Origin: a virus
Taxonomy: Duplodnaviria; Caudoviricetes
Reading direction: 5' to 3' (one strand)
DNA length: 64,000 nt
IMG/VR virus record: IMGVR_UViG_3300032319_000326
Span: 27,734 to 91,733 of that record
Shown here: piece after piece, positions 28,457 through 37,941 of the stretch
How positions within the stretch are numbered: the stretch's first letter is position 1
How the letters are laid out: the number at the start of each line of letters is the position of its first letter
Program-made: the position numbers and the translations under genes
The notes under the pieces: generated by a model
The model's database searches: none
What the model was told of the DNA's origin: nothing
What the model saw: only the letters and a program-made list of their open reading frames with translations

Positions 28457-31400
28457 ATGCCAATACAAGAAGGCGGTACATTCGCCCCAACACAAAATAT
28501 AGTAAGTCCAGGAGTTTTCACAAGAGAAAATGACCTGTCAGGTTTAGCACAAGGAGTAGCCAATATCGGCGGAGCTATAGTGGCTCCGTTCGCCGATGGT
28601 CCAGCATTCTTCCCAGCAACAATTACCGACGTAGCCACTTTGGAAAGTCGTTTCGGTGTAGCCGATGGAGTGTATTATGGTCCATATACCGCAAAAGAAT
28701 ATCTACAACAACAAGGTATCGTTACAATTGTTCGTGTAGGTGGTCTAACTGGTTATTGGCAAAAGAATCCATTACTTGTTTATGCTCAACCAGGTGAATG
28801 GTTAAGAAATGGTGATGTAGGTGCAATTACAACTGCATCTTTCATGTATCTAGACAGTAATAGTTATACTACAAATATTAACTATCAACAAAGTAGTTCT
28901 GTTCTATTATCATCTGGTAGTAAGGCAGGATCCGCTGAGTTTAGAAACGTCACAAACTATTTCAGTGTAACTAAAGCTACTAACAGTCAAATTTTAAGTT
29001 TTGTATCTCAAATTTCAAGTTTACCAAATGCTTTAACACTATCAGCATCGTTAGCAAATTCTGCTAGTAAGGGTAAAGTATTGAAAATTACAACCAGTCG
29101 ATATAACTCTCTATTCACAGGATCCGCTGTTAGAAGAGGTAAGACTGTAAGCGATACTTCGGGATATACACTAGCAGCATTTGACTTTGCAAAGTCAAGA
29201 TTGTCTGGATCTTTGTCATCGAGTTATACCGTTAGATCCGAATCTGTACTAAAATTTGATACAGCAACTTTTGCTTCTACAGGAGGCAGTCAAAATGCAG
29301 CTCCAACTCCACCACAATCTTATTTCAGTTATTTAACAGCATCATATACACTGTCAGGCGCTAACATTGTATATGGATTAGTATTTGGTAAAAATTCATT
29401 AGCAGCATCTAACAATGTAAACTTTAGTTCTGTTACTTATAATTTAAATCTATCTACCGGAAGTTATTGTTTTAGATATGATAACTCCAGACTGTATTTA
29501 AGTGGTTCATCAAATATCACATTTGGTCCAAAAACAGCAACCAGTGCTATAGACGCAAATGCGGTTGATGGTGTAAATGGTCCTACTGGTTCCGGATTAA
29601 GTGGTAGTATTTTATATGCTGGTCAAAAATTGAATATTGGTGGAATTGGTCCTATATTATTTACACGTAAAAATGTAGATAACAGTGTTTATCCATATTA
29701 TTATTTGACTTCAAGTGTACAAGGACAAGCTATAAGTGAAGAAACAGCAATCTCTACAGCATTTGCAGAAAGTACAACTACAACCGCATTAGTATCCAGT
29801 TCTTACTTCGGCAATACTACTGGAAACGTAGTTGTTAATTATAATCCGACTGTAATTAATGTAGGTTCTACCGGATTAAAATATGTGAGTGGTAGTTTCG
29901 CCTCTATCAGAAAAGTAGGTACATGTGTTGCCGGTCTACAACTTAAAGGTGTAATTAGTGGTGCTTTCGGTAAATATAATGGAAGTTTCCAAAACCAAGA
30001 TAATCCAGGTAATGATCCGTGTAACCCAAATACAGCCGGTCGTCAAAAGATGATTTTGGCAGTATTGGCTAACACACAAAATGCTTCAACACAATTTAGT
30101 AACGATTATGAAGTATACGGATTCAACACTTCTACAATGTCACAATTAACAAGTAGTGTTTATCCATACAACGGATTAATCAATCCTAACGAAAACGTTT
30201 ATAACTTGGCATTGAAGTATAACTTCTCAAATACAAATGGTAGTATAAGTGCTGGTACATATGGTTATTATGATTTCAGCTTGAATGAAAATGATAATAA
30301 CTACATCAAGGACGTATTCGGAATTGATCCTACAGTAGGTAATCCTAACAAGCAAATCGCCGGTCAAAAGGTCGAAGCTGCTTACAACTACGTTCTATTC
30401 GAAGATAGTATTAAGAAGTTCGTAGCTGAAAAGACAAGTACTCTTGGTTGGAGATTGTTGGTAGGTACCAGTACTCTATCCGGCAGTTCAGTTATCGGCG
30501 AACCTCTAAAGTTTGTTGATCAGTACAGTACAAATCTAAGTGCTGGAGATAGTCAATTTGGTATTACAAATGCTTATACACCTTACATTTATAGTCAACA
30601 AATTGCTCCGTTCAGAAGTAGTGCGAATGAAGCTGCTGTCCCAACTAAGTTCCAATTGTTCAAAGTACATACTTTAAGCGACGGTAGTTTGAGTAACAAA
30701 AAATTCAAGATTGAAATTAGCAATGTTAAGTTAGCCGGTACAGTTCCAGGCAGTGATTGGGGTACATTCACCGTAGCAGTACGTGATTATAGTGATACGG
30801 ATAAGAAGCCAAAATATTTGGAAATCTTCCAAAATTGTAACTTAGATCCCGATTCCGCTAACTTCGTAGCCCGTAAAATTGGTAATAGATATGCTTACAT
30901 CACGTTTGCAGGTAAGATTATCCAATTTGGCGATTATGTTAATTTGAGTAAATATATTAGAATTGAAATGGCAGATGGATCTTATCCAGTTTCTTCTGTA
31001 CCATACGGATTCGAAGCATATAATACACCAATTGATAGTACTGCAAGTACATATATTCCTTATATTCAATATAGCAAGGCAAGTATTTATGGTTTAGCAC
31101 CAGGCAAGTATCCATCAGGTACTGTATTTGGTGCTGTACCACAAAGTGATGATGAAATTCTATCTCTATATCCAACCTCTTCGTTTGGTGTAGGTGTAGA
31201 AAATAATACTCAACAATACTTCAAACCACTACCATACTTTGGTAGTACAGATGCAAACGGTCAAAATATTGACTTCGATCTTGAAGATAAAGTTTGGGGT
31301 ACAAGTACAGCTAAATATTACGCGCAAGGCGTTCCAGCAAGTACTGGTTCACTACTAGCTCCAAGTTTGAGTGGTAGTATCCCAAGTACATATGATGCTG

Positions 31401-32425
31401 TAAATGAATCTACATATGTTAAGTTACGTAAATTCGTAATCGGATTCCAGGGTGGATTTGAAGGTCAGTGGCCAGCAATTCCAATCAATGTAGGTAGTAG
31501 CATTACAGCCGGTAATACACAGGGCCTAGATTGTACAAGTATCAATAGTCCTGGTAGTATCGGTTACAAACAATGTATTGCTGCTCTAAGTAATGCGGAT
31601 GAATTCGATATCAACTTGATCGTGTTGCCTGGTATCTTCCGTGAAGTACACAGTTATGTTACCGAATTGGTAATCAATATGTGTGAAACTCGTCAAGATT
31701 GTTTCTACATTATGGATAACGTAGTGTTCCCAGCAAGCAATCAAACTGTAGGATTGATTGATGCAGCAATTAACAGTGTTGCTACAATCGACAGTAATTA
31801 TGTAGGTACTTATTATCCTTGGGTTAAGATCCTAGATACTAATACCAACAAGATCATCAGTGTTCCTCCTTCAGTGGTATTACCAGCAGTTTACGCTGCT
31901 AACGATAACTCCGCTGCTGAATGGTATGCTCCCGCGGGTTTAAACCGTGGTGGTATTCCAACAGCTGTACAAGTACTTGATAGAGTAAATCACAGTGAAC
32001 GTGATACCTTGTACGAAGGTCGTGTAAATCCAATCGCAGCATTTCCTGGTCAAGGTATCTGTGTATGGGGTCAAAAGACTCTACAAATCGCCCCAAGCGC
32101 TTTGGATCGTATCAATGTACGTCGCTTGTTGATCAACTTGAAGAAGTTTATCGCAAGTTCAAGCAACTACTTGGTATTTGAACAAAATGTTGCTTCTACA
32201 AGAAATCGTTTCTTGAGTATTGTAACTCCATACTTGGAATCAGTACAACAACGTAACGGTATCTACGCATTCCAAGTCAAGATGGATGCTGAAAACAATA
32301 CTCCTGACCTAATTGATAGAAATATCCTATATGGTCAAATCTTTATCCAACCAACTCGCACAGCTGAGTTCATTATACTTGATTTCAACATACTCCCATC
32401 GGGCGGCGCCAGCTTTAGTGCTTAA
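28457..32425 (+). CDS. Contractile tail sheath protein (T4 gp18-like) with large Ser/Thr-rich insertions
   Basis: SPGVFTRENDLS, YYPWV, WYAPAGLNRG, WGQKTLQ, LDRINVRRLL, QPTRTAEFI. Confidence 0.95.
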   Translation: MPIQEGGTFAPTQNIVSPGVFTRENDLSGLAQGVANIGGAIVAPFADGPAFFPATITDVATLESRFGVADGVYYGPYTAKEYLQQQGIVTIVRVGGLTGYWQKNPLLVYAQPGEWLRNGDVGAITTASFMYLDSNSYTTNINYQQSSSVLLSSGSKAGSAEFRNVTNYFSVTKATNSQILSFVSQISSLPNALTLSASLANSASKGKVLKITTSRYNSLFTGSAVRRGKTVSDTSGYTLAAFDFAKSRLSGSLSSSYTVRSESVLKFDTATFASTGGSQNAAPTPPQSYFSYLTASYTLSGANIVYGLVFGKNSLAASNNVNFSSVTYNLNLSTGSYCFRYDNSRLYLSGSSNITFGPKTATSAIDANAVDGVNGPTGSGLSGSILYAGQKLNIGGIGPILFTRKNVDNSVYPYYYLTSSVQGQAISEETAISTAFAESTTTTALVSSSYFGNTTGNVVVNYNPTVINVGSTGLKYVSGSFASIRKVGTCVAGLQLKGVISGAFGKYNGSFQNQDNPGNDPCNPNTAGRQKMILAVLANTQNASTQFSNDYEVYGFNTSTMSQLTSSVYPYNGLINPNENVYNLALKYNFSNTNGSISAGTYGYYDFSLNENDNNYIKDVFGIDPTVGNPNKQIAGQKVEAAYNYVLFEDSIKKFVAEKTSTLGWRLLVGTSTLSGSSVIGEPLKFVDQYSTNLSAGDSQFGITNAYTPYIYSQQIAPFRSSANEAAVPTKFQLFKVHTLSDGSLSNKKFKIEISNVKLAGTVPGSDWGTFTVAVRDYSDTDKKPKYLEIFQNCNLDPDSANFVARKIGNRYAYITFAGKIIQFGDYVNLSKYIRIEMADGSYPVSSVPYGFEAYNTPIDSTASTYIPYIQYSKASIYGLAPGKYPSGTVFGAVPQSDDEILSLYPTSSFGVGVENNTQQYFKPLPYFGSTDANGQNIDFDLEDKVWGTSTAKYYAQGVPASTGSLLAPSLSGSIPSTYDAVNESTYVKLRKFVIGFQGGFEGQWPAIPINVGSSITAGNTQGLDCTSINSPGSIGYKQCIAALSNADEFDINLIVLPGIFREVHSYVTELVINMCETRQDCFYIMDNVVFPASNQTVGLIDAAINSVATIDSNYVGTYYPWVKILDTNTNKIISVPPSVVLPAVYAANDNSAAEWYAPAGLNRGGIPTAVQVLDRVNHSERDTLYEGRVNPIAAFPGQGICVWGQKTLQIAPSALDRINVRRLLINLKKFIASSSNYLVFEQNVASTRNRFLSIVTPYLESVQQRNGIYAFQVKMDAENNTPDLIDRNILYGQIFIQPTRTAEFIILDFNILPSGGASFSA

Positions 32426-32434
32426 TTAAACACA

Positions 32435-32467
32435 AAAACCCCATCGTAATTGATGGGGTTTTATTTT
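32435..32467 (+). terminator. Intrinsic terminator after sheath
   Basis: AAAACCCCATC-gtaatt-GATGGGGTTTT followed by a T-rich tract. Confidence 0.85.
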
Positions 32468-32515
32468 ATTTATTAGGATTTTAACTTTTTACCCACTCAT
32501 ATACTATTTATTAAT

Positions 32516-32866
32516 ATGAAGGATATTAAAAGAATTTGTGAATGGACCGGTCAAGAATTTTATGTCGATTTTAAACATAGAAACCAAAGATTTATAGATA
32601 AAAATGCAATGTATTCGTGGAGAAAAAATCAAAATAGAGAAATGATTAAATGTTTAAAGTGTGGAAAAGACTTTGAAAGATATAAAAATATATTACATCC
32701 GACGAGCGGAAAGCCTACTCAGTACTGTTCAAATGATTGTAATAGAACTTCTATTGAAAAACGAGAAAAATTAAAAAACTGGGCAAATTCAAACAAGAAT
32801 CATTGGTTTAATAAAAAATGTCAATCAAAAGTAAAAACAACAAATTTTCTTTTTTTGACTTTTTGA
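32516..32866 (+). pseudogene. Truncated homing endonuclease N-terminus (treble-clef Zn fingers)
   Basis: CLKC...YCSNDC Zn motif. Ends abruptly at KVKTT, where a KYG repeat would start. Confidence 0.55.
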
Positions 32867-32908
32867 AGTTTGGTGTAATATTTATCTATTAGATAAGGAG
32901 TATTGTAT

Positions 32909-34414
32909 ATGACTGAACGAGGTAAAAAAATAAGAGAAGCATTTTTCAAAAAGTATGGTGTTTATCATCCGTCTCAATTGCCTGAAGTTAAAGCTAAAAT
33001 AAAGCAAAAGAGAGACAGTGGTGCGTATGACAATATGGTAAAAAAGATGAAGGATACTCTAAAAGAAAAATATGGAGATGAAAACTATAACAATGTAGAG
33101 AAGGGAAAACGCACCAAATTGGAGAAATATGGAGATGAAAACTATAATAACAGAGATAAAATGACGCAGACCAACAATAAGAAATATGGAATGAATGTTT
33201 CACCTAACACTCTTAAAAGAACTCAAGAACGTGCATCTAATGGAGATATTGGTTTTAAATCTGATCAGTTTAAACAATATCTTGAAGATAATAATATAAA
33301 AAATGTGTCTCAATTATCGTGCGTTAAAGAAAAAAAGAGACAGGAGAAGATCAATTGTATGGTTGCAAATATTTTTGACGGCGGGCGTCTTAATAACGTT
33401 GTGTTACCTATTTTTCGACGAGAAGAATATACGGGGTGTGATTATGATAAAATGTATAAGTTTAAATGTTGTAAATGCAACAATGAATTTCAAGATAACT
33501 TATACTCTGGAAATATTCCACGTTGTTTGAATTGTTATCCTCACAATAGGTTTAAGTCATCAATAGAAACGGAGATTTTAGATTTCTTACATTCGTATAA
33601 CATAGAAACAAAACATCATGATAGAACTATTTTAAATGGATACGAAATTGATATATCAATACCATCACGCAATTTTGCAATTGAATGTGATGGAGTTTAT
33701 TGGCATAGTGAAATTGCTGGTAACAAGAACAAACATTATCATCTTAACAAAACTTTAAAGTGTAATCAGCAAAATATTCAATTGATGCACATATGGGATT
33801 GGGAATGGTGGTGTAAACAAGATATAATAAAAAGTATTTTATTAAGTAAGCTTGGTAAGTCCAAAAGAATATTTGCACGTAAATGTGAAATAAAACAAGT
33901 GATTAATGACGAAAAAGCTGCATTTTTGACCGATAACCATATACAGGGAAATGATACATCATCTATCAGATTGGGATTATATCACAACGATGTTTTGGTC
34001 TCACTAATGACGTTTGTTAAATCTAGATATGACAAAAAATATCAATATGAGTTATCTAGATATTGTAATATATTAAACACAAATGTAATAGGGGGTGCAT
34101 CTAAACTATTCAGTTATTTTGTAAAAAATCACGATGTAAATTCGATTGTAACGTATAGTGATAGAAGATTGTTTACTGGTAATTTATATAAACAAATTGG
34201 TATGTCATTTGTAGATAACACTCCGTCTGGATATCACTATTTTCATAAAAACAAAGGGGTACCAATTGAAAGAACACATTTTCAAAAACATAAATTGAAA
34301 GAAAAGCTTGAAAAATTTGATATTAGTTTAAGTGAATGGCAAAATATGCAAATTAATGGTTATGATAGAATTTGGGATTGTGGACATATGAAATTTAGTT
34401 GGAATCGTAAATGA
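32909..34414 (+). CDS. Free-standing homing endonuclease (Hef-like): KYG repeats, Zn ribbon, Vsr/EDxHD-type nuclease, C-terminal Mom/GNAT-like domain
   Basis: EIDI...AIECDGVYWH, HIWDWEW, FARKC, NHIQG, ELSRYC, GGASKL, TYSDRR, GYDRIWDCG. AAGGAG upstream. Confidence 0.8.
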   Translation: MTERGKKIREAFFKKYGVYHPSQLPEVKAKIKQKRDSGAYDNMVKKMKDTLKEKYGDENYNNVEKGKRTKLEKYGDENYNNRDKMTQTNNKKYGMNVSPNTLKRTQERASNGDIGFKSDQFKQYLEDNNIKNVSQLSCVKEKKRQEKINCMVANIFDGGRLNNVVLPIFRREEYTGCDYDKMYKFKCCKCNNEFQDNLYSGNIPRCLNCYPHNRFKSSIETEILDFLHSYNIETKHHDRTILNGYEIDISIPSRNFAIECDGVYWHSEIAGNKNKHYHLNKTLKCNQQNIQLMHIWDWEWWCKQDIIKSILLSKLGKSKRIFARKCEIKQVINDEKAAFLTDNHIQGNDTSSIRLGLYHNDVLVSLMTFVKSRYDKKYQYELSRYCNILNTNVIGGASKLFSYFVKNHDVNSIVTYSDRRLFTGNLYKQIGMSFVDNTPSGYHYFHKNKGVPIERTHFQKHKLKEKLEKFDISLSEWQNMQINGYDRIWDCGHMKFSWNRK

Positions 34415-34430
34415 TCACTATTTATATATT

Positions 34431-34721
34431 ATGATACGATTGACTCAAATTATTGAAGATTTAACCAAACCACAGATTAAAGAAGCTGTAGATCCATCTC
34501 TTTTAAAGTTAATTGACGAAGTAATTAATGACACAAATGTTTTGGTAGTTAATAATTTAAAGATGGTAAAAGACATTCTTTCAAAAGAACCAATTGATAA
34601 AGCTAGATTAGACGTGGCTCTAAGCAACTATAAACGTTATTTTAATAGAGACAACGGTGGCACGCCTGAAGTTATTCGTGGTATGACAATGCAAAATAAA
34701 CTAGACAAGTTATCAAAATGA
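34431..34721 (+). CDS. Hypothetical protein with N-terminal MIRL..I.E motif
   Basis: 96 aa; TATTTATA at 34419. Confidence 0.55.
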   Translation: MIRLTQIIEDLTKPQIKEAVDPSLLKLIDEVINDTNVLVVNNLKMVKDILSKEPIDKARLDVALSNYKRYFNRDNGGTPEVIRGMTMQNKLDKLSK

Positions 34722-35503
34722 TTAGTTTAACCGATCTATTGTTAGAAGCTAAACTTCCTCAAAGCGAGCAAGATATGGATCTTTATGCTCGTAAATACAA
34801 GAAAACAATAGATTATTTACGTACCAAGAATAAAGTATTGTTGCTTACAACCAGTAATAGATGGAGTCAACACAAAGACGATGTTCCCAAGAGTACTCAA
34901 TTAGCAATCAAAATACAAGAACTATTAGGTAAAGAGAAAGTAACATTAATTGAAGTACCCAGTTTAAATATAGTTCCATGTGAAGGCAATGTAAGTAGTA
35001 ATTTGAAATACGATGGTAATCACTGTGGCGCAGTAAAAGCACTATTAAAAGATAAAGATAAAAATCCAAGCGGTAACCATTGTTGTTGGGCAAGTATCAA
35101 TGAAAAAGGAGACGAACTTTGGAAGATTACCAAAGAATTATTTCAGAGTGATTGTGTTGTATTTTTTGCAAGTGTTAGGTGGGGCCAAGCCAATGGTTAT
35201 TATCAGAAACTAATTGAAAGATTAACTTGGATTGAGAACAGACATTCTACACTCGGAGAAAAGAATGTTGTAAAAGACATTGAAGCTGGATTTATTGCGG
35301 TTGGCCAAAACTGGCACGGTAAACAAGTTGTAGAAACACAAAGAGCTGTGTTGGGAGATTATTATAAATTTAAAACATCAGATCAATTGTTCTGGAATTG
35401 GCAATTTACACAAGATGACACTGACGAAACAAATCGTTCCTACAACAAAGCTATTACAACATTTGACAAAACATTTTTAAAACCATATGATAAGACTAAA
35501 TAA
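34718..35503 (+). CDS. Flavodoxin-fold protein (NADPH-dependent FMN reductase / iron-sulfur flavoprotein-like)
   Basis: LLLTTSNR, PCEGNVS..C..CWAS, SDCVVFFASVRWG, KLIERL. Confidence 0.65.
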   Translation: MISLTDLLLEAKLPQSEQDMDLYARKYKKTIDYLRTKNKVLLLTTSNRWSQHKDDVPKSTQLAIKIQELLGKEKVTLIEVPSLNIVPCEGNVSSNLKYDGNHCGAVKALLKDKDKNPSGNHCCWASINEKGDELWKITKELFQSDCVVFFASVRWGQANGYYQKLIERLTWIENRHSTLGEKNVVKDIEAGFIAVGQNWHGKQVVETQRAVLGDYYKFKTSDQLFWNWQFTQDDTDETNRSYNKAITTFDKTFLKPYDKTK

Positions 35504-36539
35504 CATTTTAAGTGAAGTAATACAAGAAGGCGGCGCAGGTGGACATATGGCACATCCATTTGATTTTGTAAATACTGGTGCTAAATTAGTAGATGTATTT
35601 GCGAAATCAGTAAAGTCTTTGAAGCAAGGTGCCGGTAGTGTAAAGATTGACGGTGTTAATGCAAGTATCCGTATGGTAAACGGCCAATTTGTGATGGATC
35701 GTGGATCAGCAAAGCCACTTGATATTAAAGGAATGAGACCTGAAGATCTAACTGCTAGATTTTTACCAAATCCAGAGACTGGGGTTGCCCACGGATTTAT
35801 TAAGATTGGTTCTACGGTAATTCAGATATTTGACGACGCAATTTCATCTACACAATCTGAGTTAAAGACATTGGGGTTATTAGACAATCCGAATATACTA
35901 TTCAACATTGAATATGTAGAGGGACAAACGAATGTACTTGGATATGGAGAAATAGGAAACTTTTTAGCTATTCATGGATTAAAAGAAATTAAACCAAAAA
36001 CTTTTGGTAAAGATGGAAGTGTTAAATCAAGAGAAGCTGTTGAAATACCATATGACAAAATAGCAATGCAGTCTTATATAAACAAATTAAATGTAGTTGC
36101 TATGAAACGTGGTTTTAAGGTATTGGGTAGTGTTGATACTACTTTCAAATCAAAACCAAACCTAGCGAATGTTTTGACACAATCAGTTACATTGTATCCT
36201 ACGGGAGAAGCTGTAACTAAGTCTTTGAAAGACTGGTTAAAAGGATTAAAGTTTACTACTCCACTAATTACGAGAGAACAATTTTTAAAAGCGGTTGATA
36301 GTAAGAATATTAGTCAAGATTTAGTCGGACAAGATGTAAATAAAATAGTTAATGATACCATCGTTTATTTAACAACAATTAAATTAGGCGACGAGATATT
36401 AAAAAATACCACAAGTGAAATTGGCGATTTAGATAAACACGAAGGTATAGTTATAAGAGATACAAGCATTTATAGTGATCCTTTCAAAATTACAGGAAGT
36501 TTTATTATAAAAGGTCTTGGAAGTAAGTTTAAGAAATAA
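35487..36539 (+). CDS. Conserved phage protein with ligase-type nucleotidyltransferase motifs
   Basis: EGGAGGHMAHPFD, KIDG (motif I-like), HEGIV (motif IV-like), FKITG (motif V-like). Confidence 0.5.
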   Translation: MIRLNNILSEVIQEGGAGGHMAHPFDFVNTGAKLVDVFAKSVKSLKQGAGSVKIDGVNASIRMVNGQFVMDRGSAKPLDIKGMRPEDLTARFLPNPETGVAHGFIKIGSTVIQIFDDAISSTQSELKTLGLLDNPNILFNIEYVEGQTNVLGYGEIGNFLAIHGLKEIKPKTFGKDGSVKSREAVEIPYDKIAMQSYINKLNVVAMKRGFKVLGSVDTTFKSKPNLANVLTQSVTLYPTGEAVTKSLKDWLKGLKFTTPLITREQFLKAVDSKNISQDLVGQDVNKIVNDTIVYLTTIKLGDEILKNTTSEIGDLDKHEGIVIRDTSIYSDPFKITGSFIIKGLGSKFKK

Positions 36540-36559
36540 ATTAAATACGTATTTGTTAT

Positions 36560-37084
36560 ATGCATATATCGGCAAAACTAAATTGTGATAAATTTTATAA
36601 CACATATTGTAGACATTTAAATGAATCTTCTTATATTATAGATTTTGGATCTTGTGATGTAAATGGAACATTAAAGCCCATTTTTAATAAACACAAATAT
36701 ATCGGTATTGATTTTTCTCCCGGACCAAATGTTGATATCGTTTGTAAAAATGAAGATGTCCCATTTAAAGATAATTTTTTTGATATAGTTGTTTCATCTT
36801 CTTGTTTTGAACACGACGATTTTTTTTGGTTAACATTTTTAGAAATGTGCCGATTAGTGAAGTCAGGTGGATACATTTATATAAACGTTCCTTCCAGTGG
36901 ACCTTACCACGCACATCCGACTGATAATTGGAGGTTTTATTTAGATAGTTGGAAAGCTTTGCAAAAATGGGCAATTAAAAGTGGATATAACATTGAATTG
37001 GTTGAACATTATATAGACACGATAAGTGCAGATTCAGATTCAACTCAGTGGAAAGACTCAATTGGAATTTTTAAAAAGTTATGA
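36560..37084 (+). CDS. Class I SAM-dependent methyltransferase
   Basis: IDFGSCDVNG, FDIVVSSSCFEH, KSGG, YHAHPTDNWRF. Confidence 0.8.
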   Translation: MHISAKLNCDKFYNTYCRHLNESSYIIDFGSCDVNGTLKPIFNKHKYIGIDFSPGPNVDIVCKNEDVPFKDNFFDIVVSSSCFEHDDFFWLTFLEMCRLVKSGGYIYINVPSSGPYHAHPTDNWRFYLDSWKALQKWAIKSGYNIELVEHYIDTISADSDSTQWKDSIGIFKKL

Positions 37085-37122
37085 AAAAAGCATCAGGTAA
37101 AAGCAATTTTTTATTTTTTTAA
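37081..37122 (+). pseudogene. Orphaned original 5' end (MKKASGKSN) of the 37931 gene
   Basis: ATGA overlap with the upstream stop. GKSN is repeated in the downstream gene (TGKSNL). Confidence 0.65.
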
Positions 37123-37137
37123 TCATATTTATTCTAT

Positions 37138-37941
37138 ATGAATGAAAGGTCTATGTCTAATACCGGAATATATAAAATAAGAAATATCATCAACGATGAC
37201 TGTTATATTGGAAGTGCATCATATACTTTTAATAAACGATGGAATACACATAAACATCAATTAAAAAATAATAAACATCATTCTATTATTCTTCAAAGAT
37301 CGTGGAATAAATACGGAGAAAACAATTTTATTTTTGAAATCATAGAATGTTGTGAACCATCTGAATGTTTAATAAAAGAACAACATTATTTGGATAATTT
37401 AAAACCAAAATATAATATAAATCCTAATGCTGAAAGTCCACTTGGCAGAAAACTTAAACCAGAAGACTGTAAAAAAATATCAGATAGAACAAGTGGTATA
37501 AAAAATCCATTTTTTGGAAAACATCACACAGAAGAAACTAAAAAATTACTTTCGGAGAAATTGAAAGGAAAAAATAAAGGAAAATTTTTGGCAGAAAAAA
37601 ACCCAATGTATAAAAAAACACATTCTGATGAAAATAAAAAAATAATGTCTATATCTAGTAATCAATTTTGGAATAGTGAAATGGGAATAAAATTAAAAGA
37701 AATCAAATCAAAAGAAAAATTAGGAAAAACTAATCAATTTGCAAAAAAAGGAACAGAACATCCGAATTTTGTTTCCACAACATACAAATTTTTAAATAAA
37801 CAATTAAATGAAGAATTCATTGGAACTATGTTTGATTTTAGAAAAAAATATAAACTGTGTTCAGATGTTTACTATCTATTAGATGGGAAAAAGAAAAAGT
37901 ATAAACAATACAAAGGATGGGTTGTAAGTTATGAAAACTAA
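37138..37941 (+). CDS. GIY-YIG homing endonuclease with NUMOD3 repeats (Seg-like)
   Basis: GIYKIRNIIN..CYIGSA, RW..H, EQHYLD, NPFFGKHHTEETKK, NPMYKKTHSDE. Confidence 0.9.
   Translation: MNERSMSNTGIYKIRNIINDDCYIGSASYTFNKRWNTHKHQLKNNKHHSIILQRSWNKYGENNFIFEIIECCEPSECLIKEQHYLDNLKPKYNINPNAESPLGRKLKPEDCKKISDRTSGIKNPFFGKHHTEETKKLLSEKLKGKNKGKFLAEKNPMYKKTHSDENKKIMSISSNQFWNSEMGIKLKEIKSKEKLGKTNQFAKKGTEHPNFVSTTYKFLNKQLNEEFIGTMFDFRKKYKLCSDVYYLLDGKKKKYKQYKGWVVSYEN

Noticed and set aside
33067-33150. Direct repeat aaatatggagatgaaaactataa
   Set aside because: It is a coding repeat (KYGDENYNN) within the endonuclease.
37141-37152. Target mimic (gaa agg tct) in the GIY-YIG leader
   Set aside because: Only about 9-10 nt and depends on an assumed ortholog sequence.
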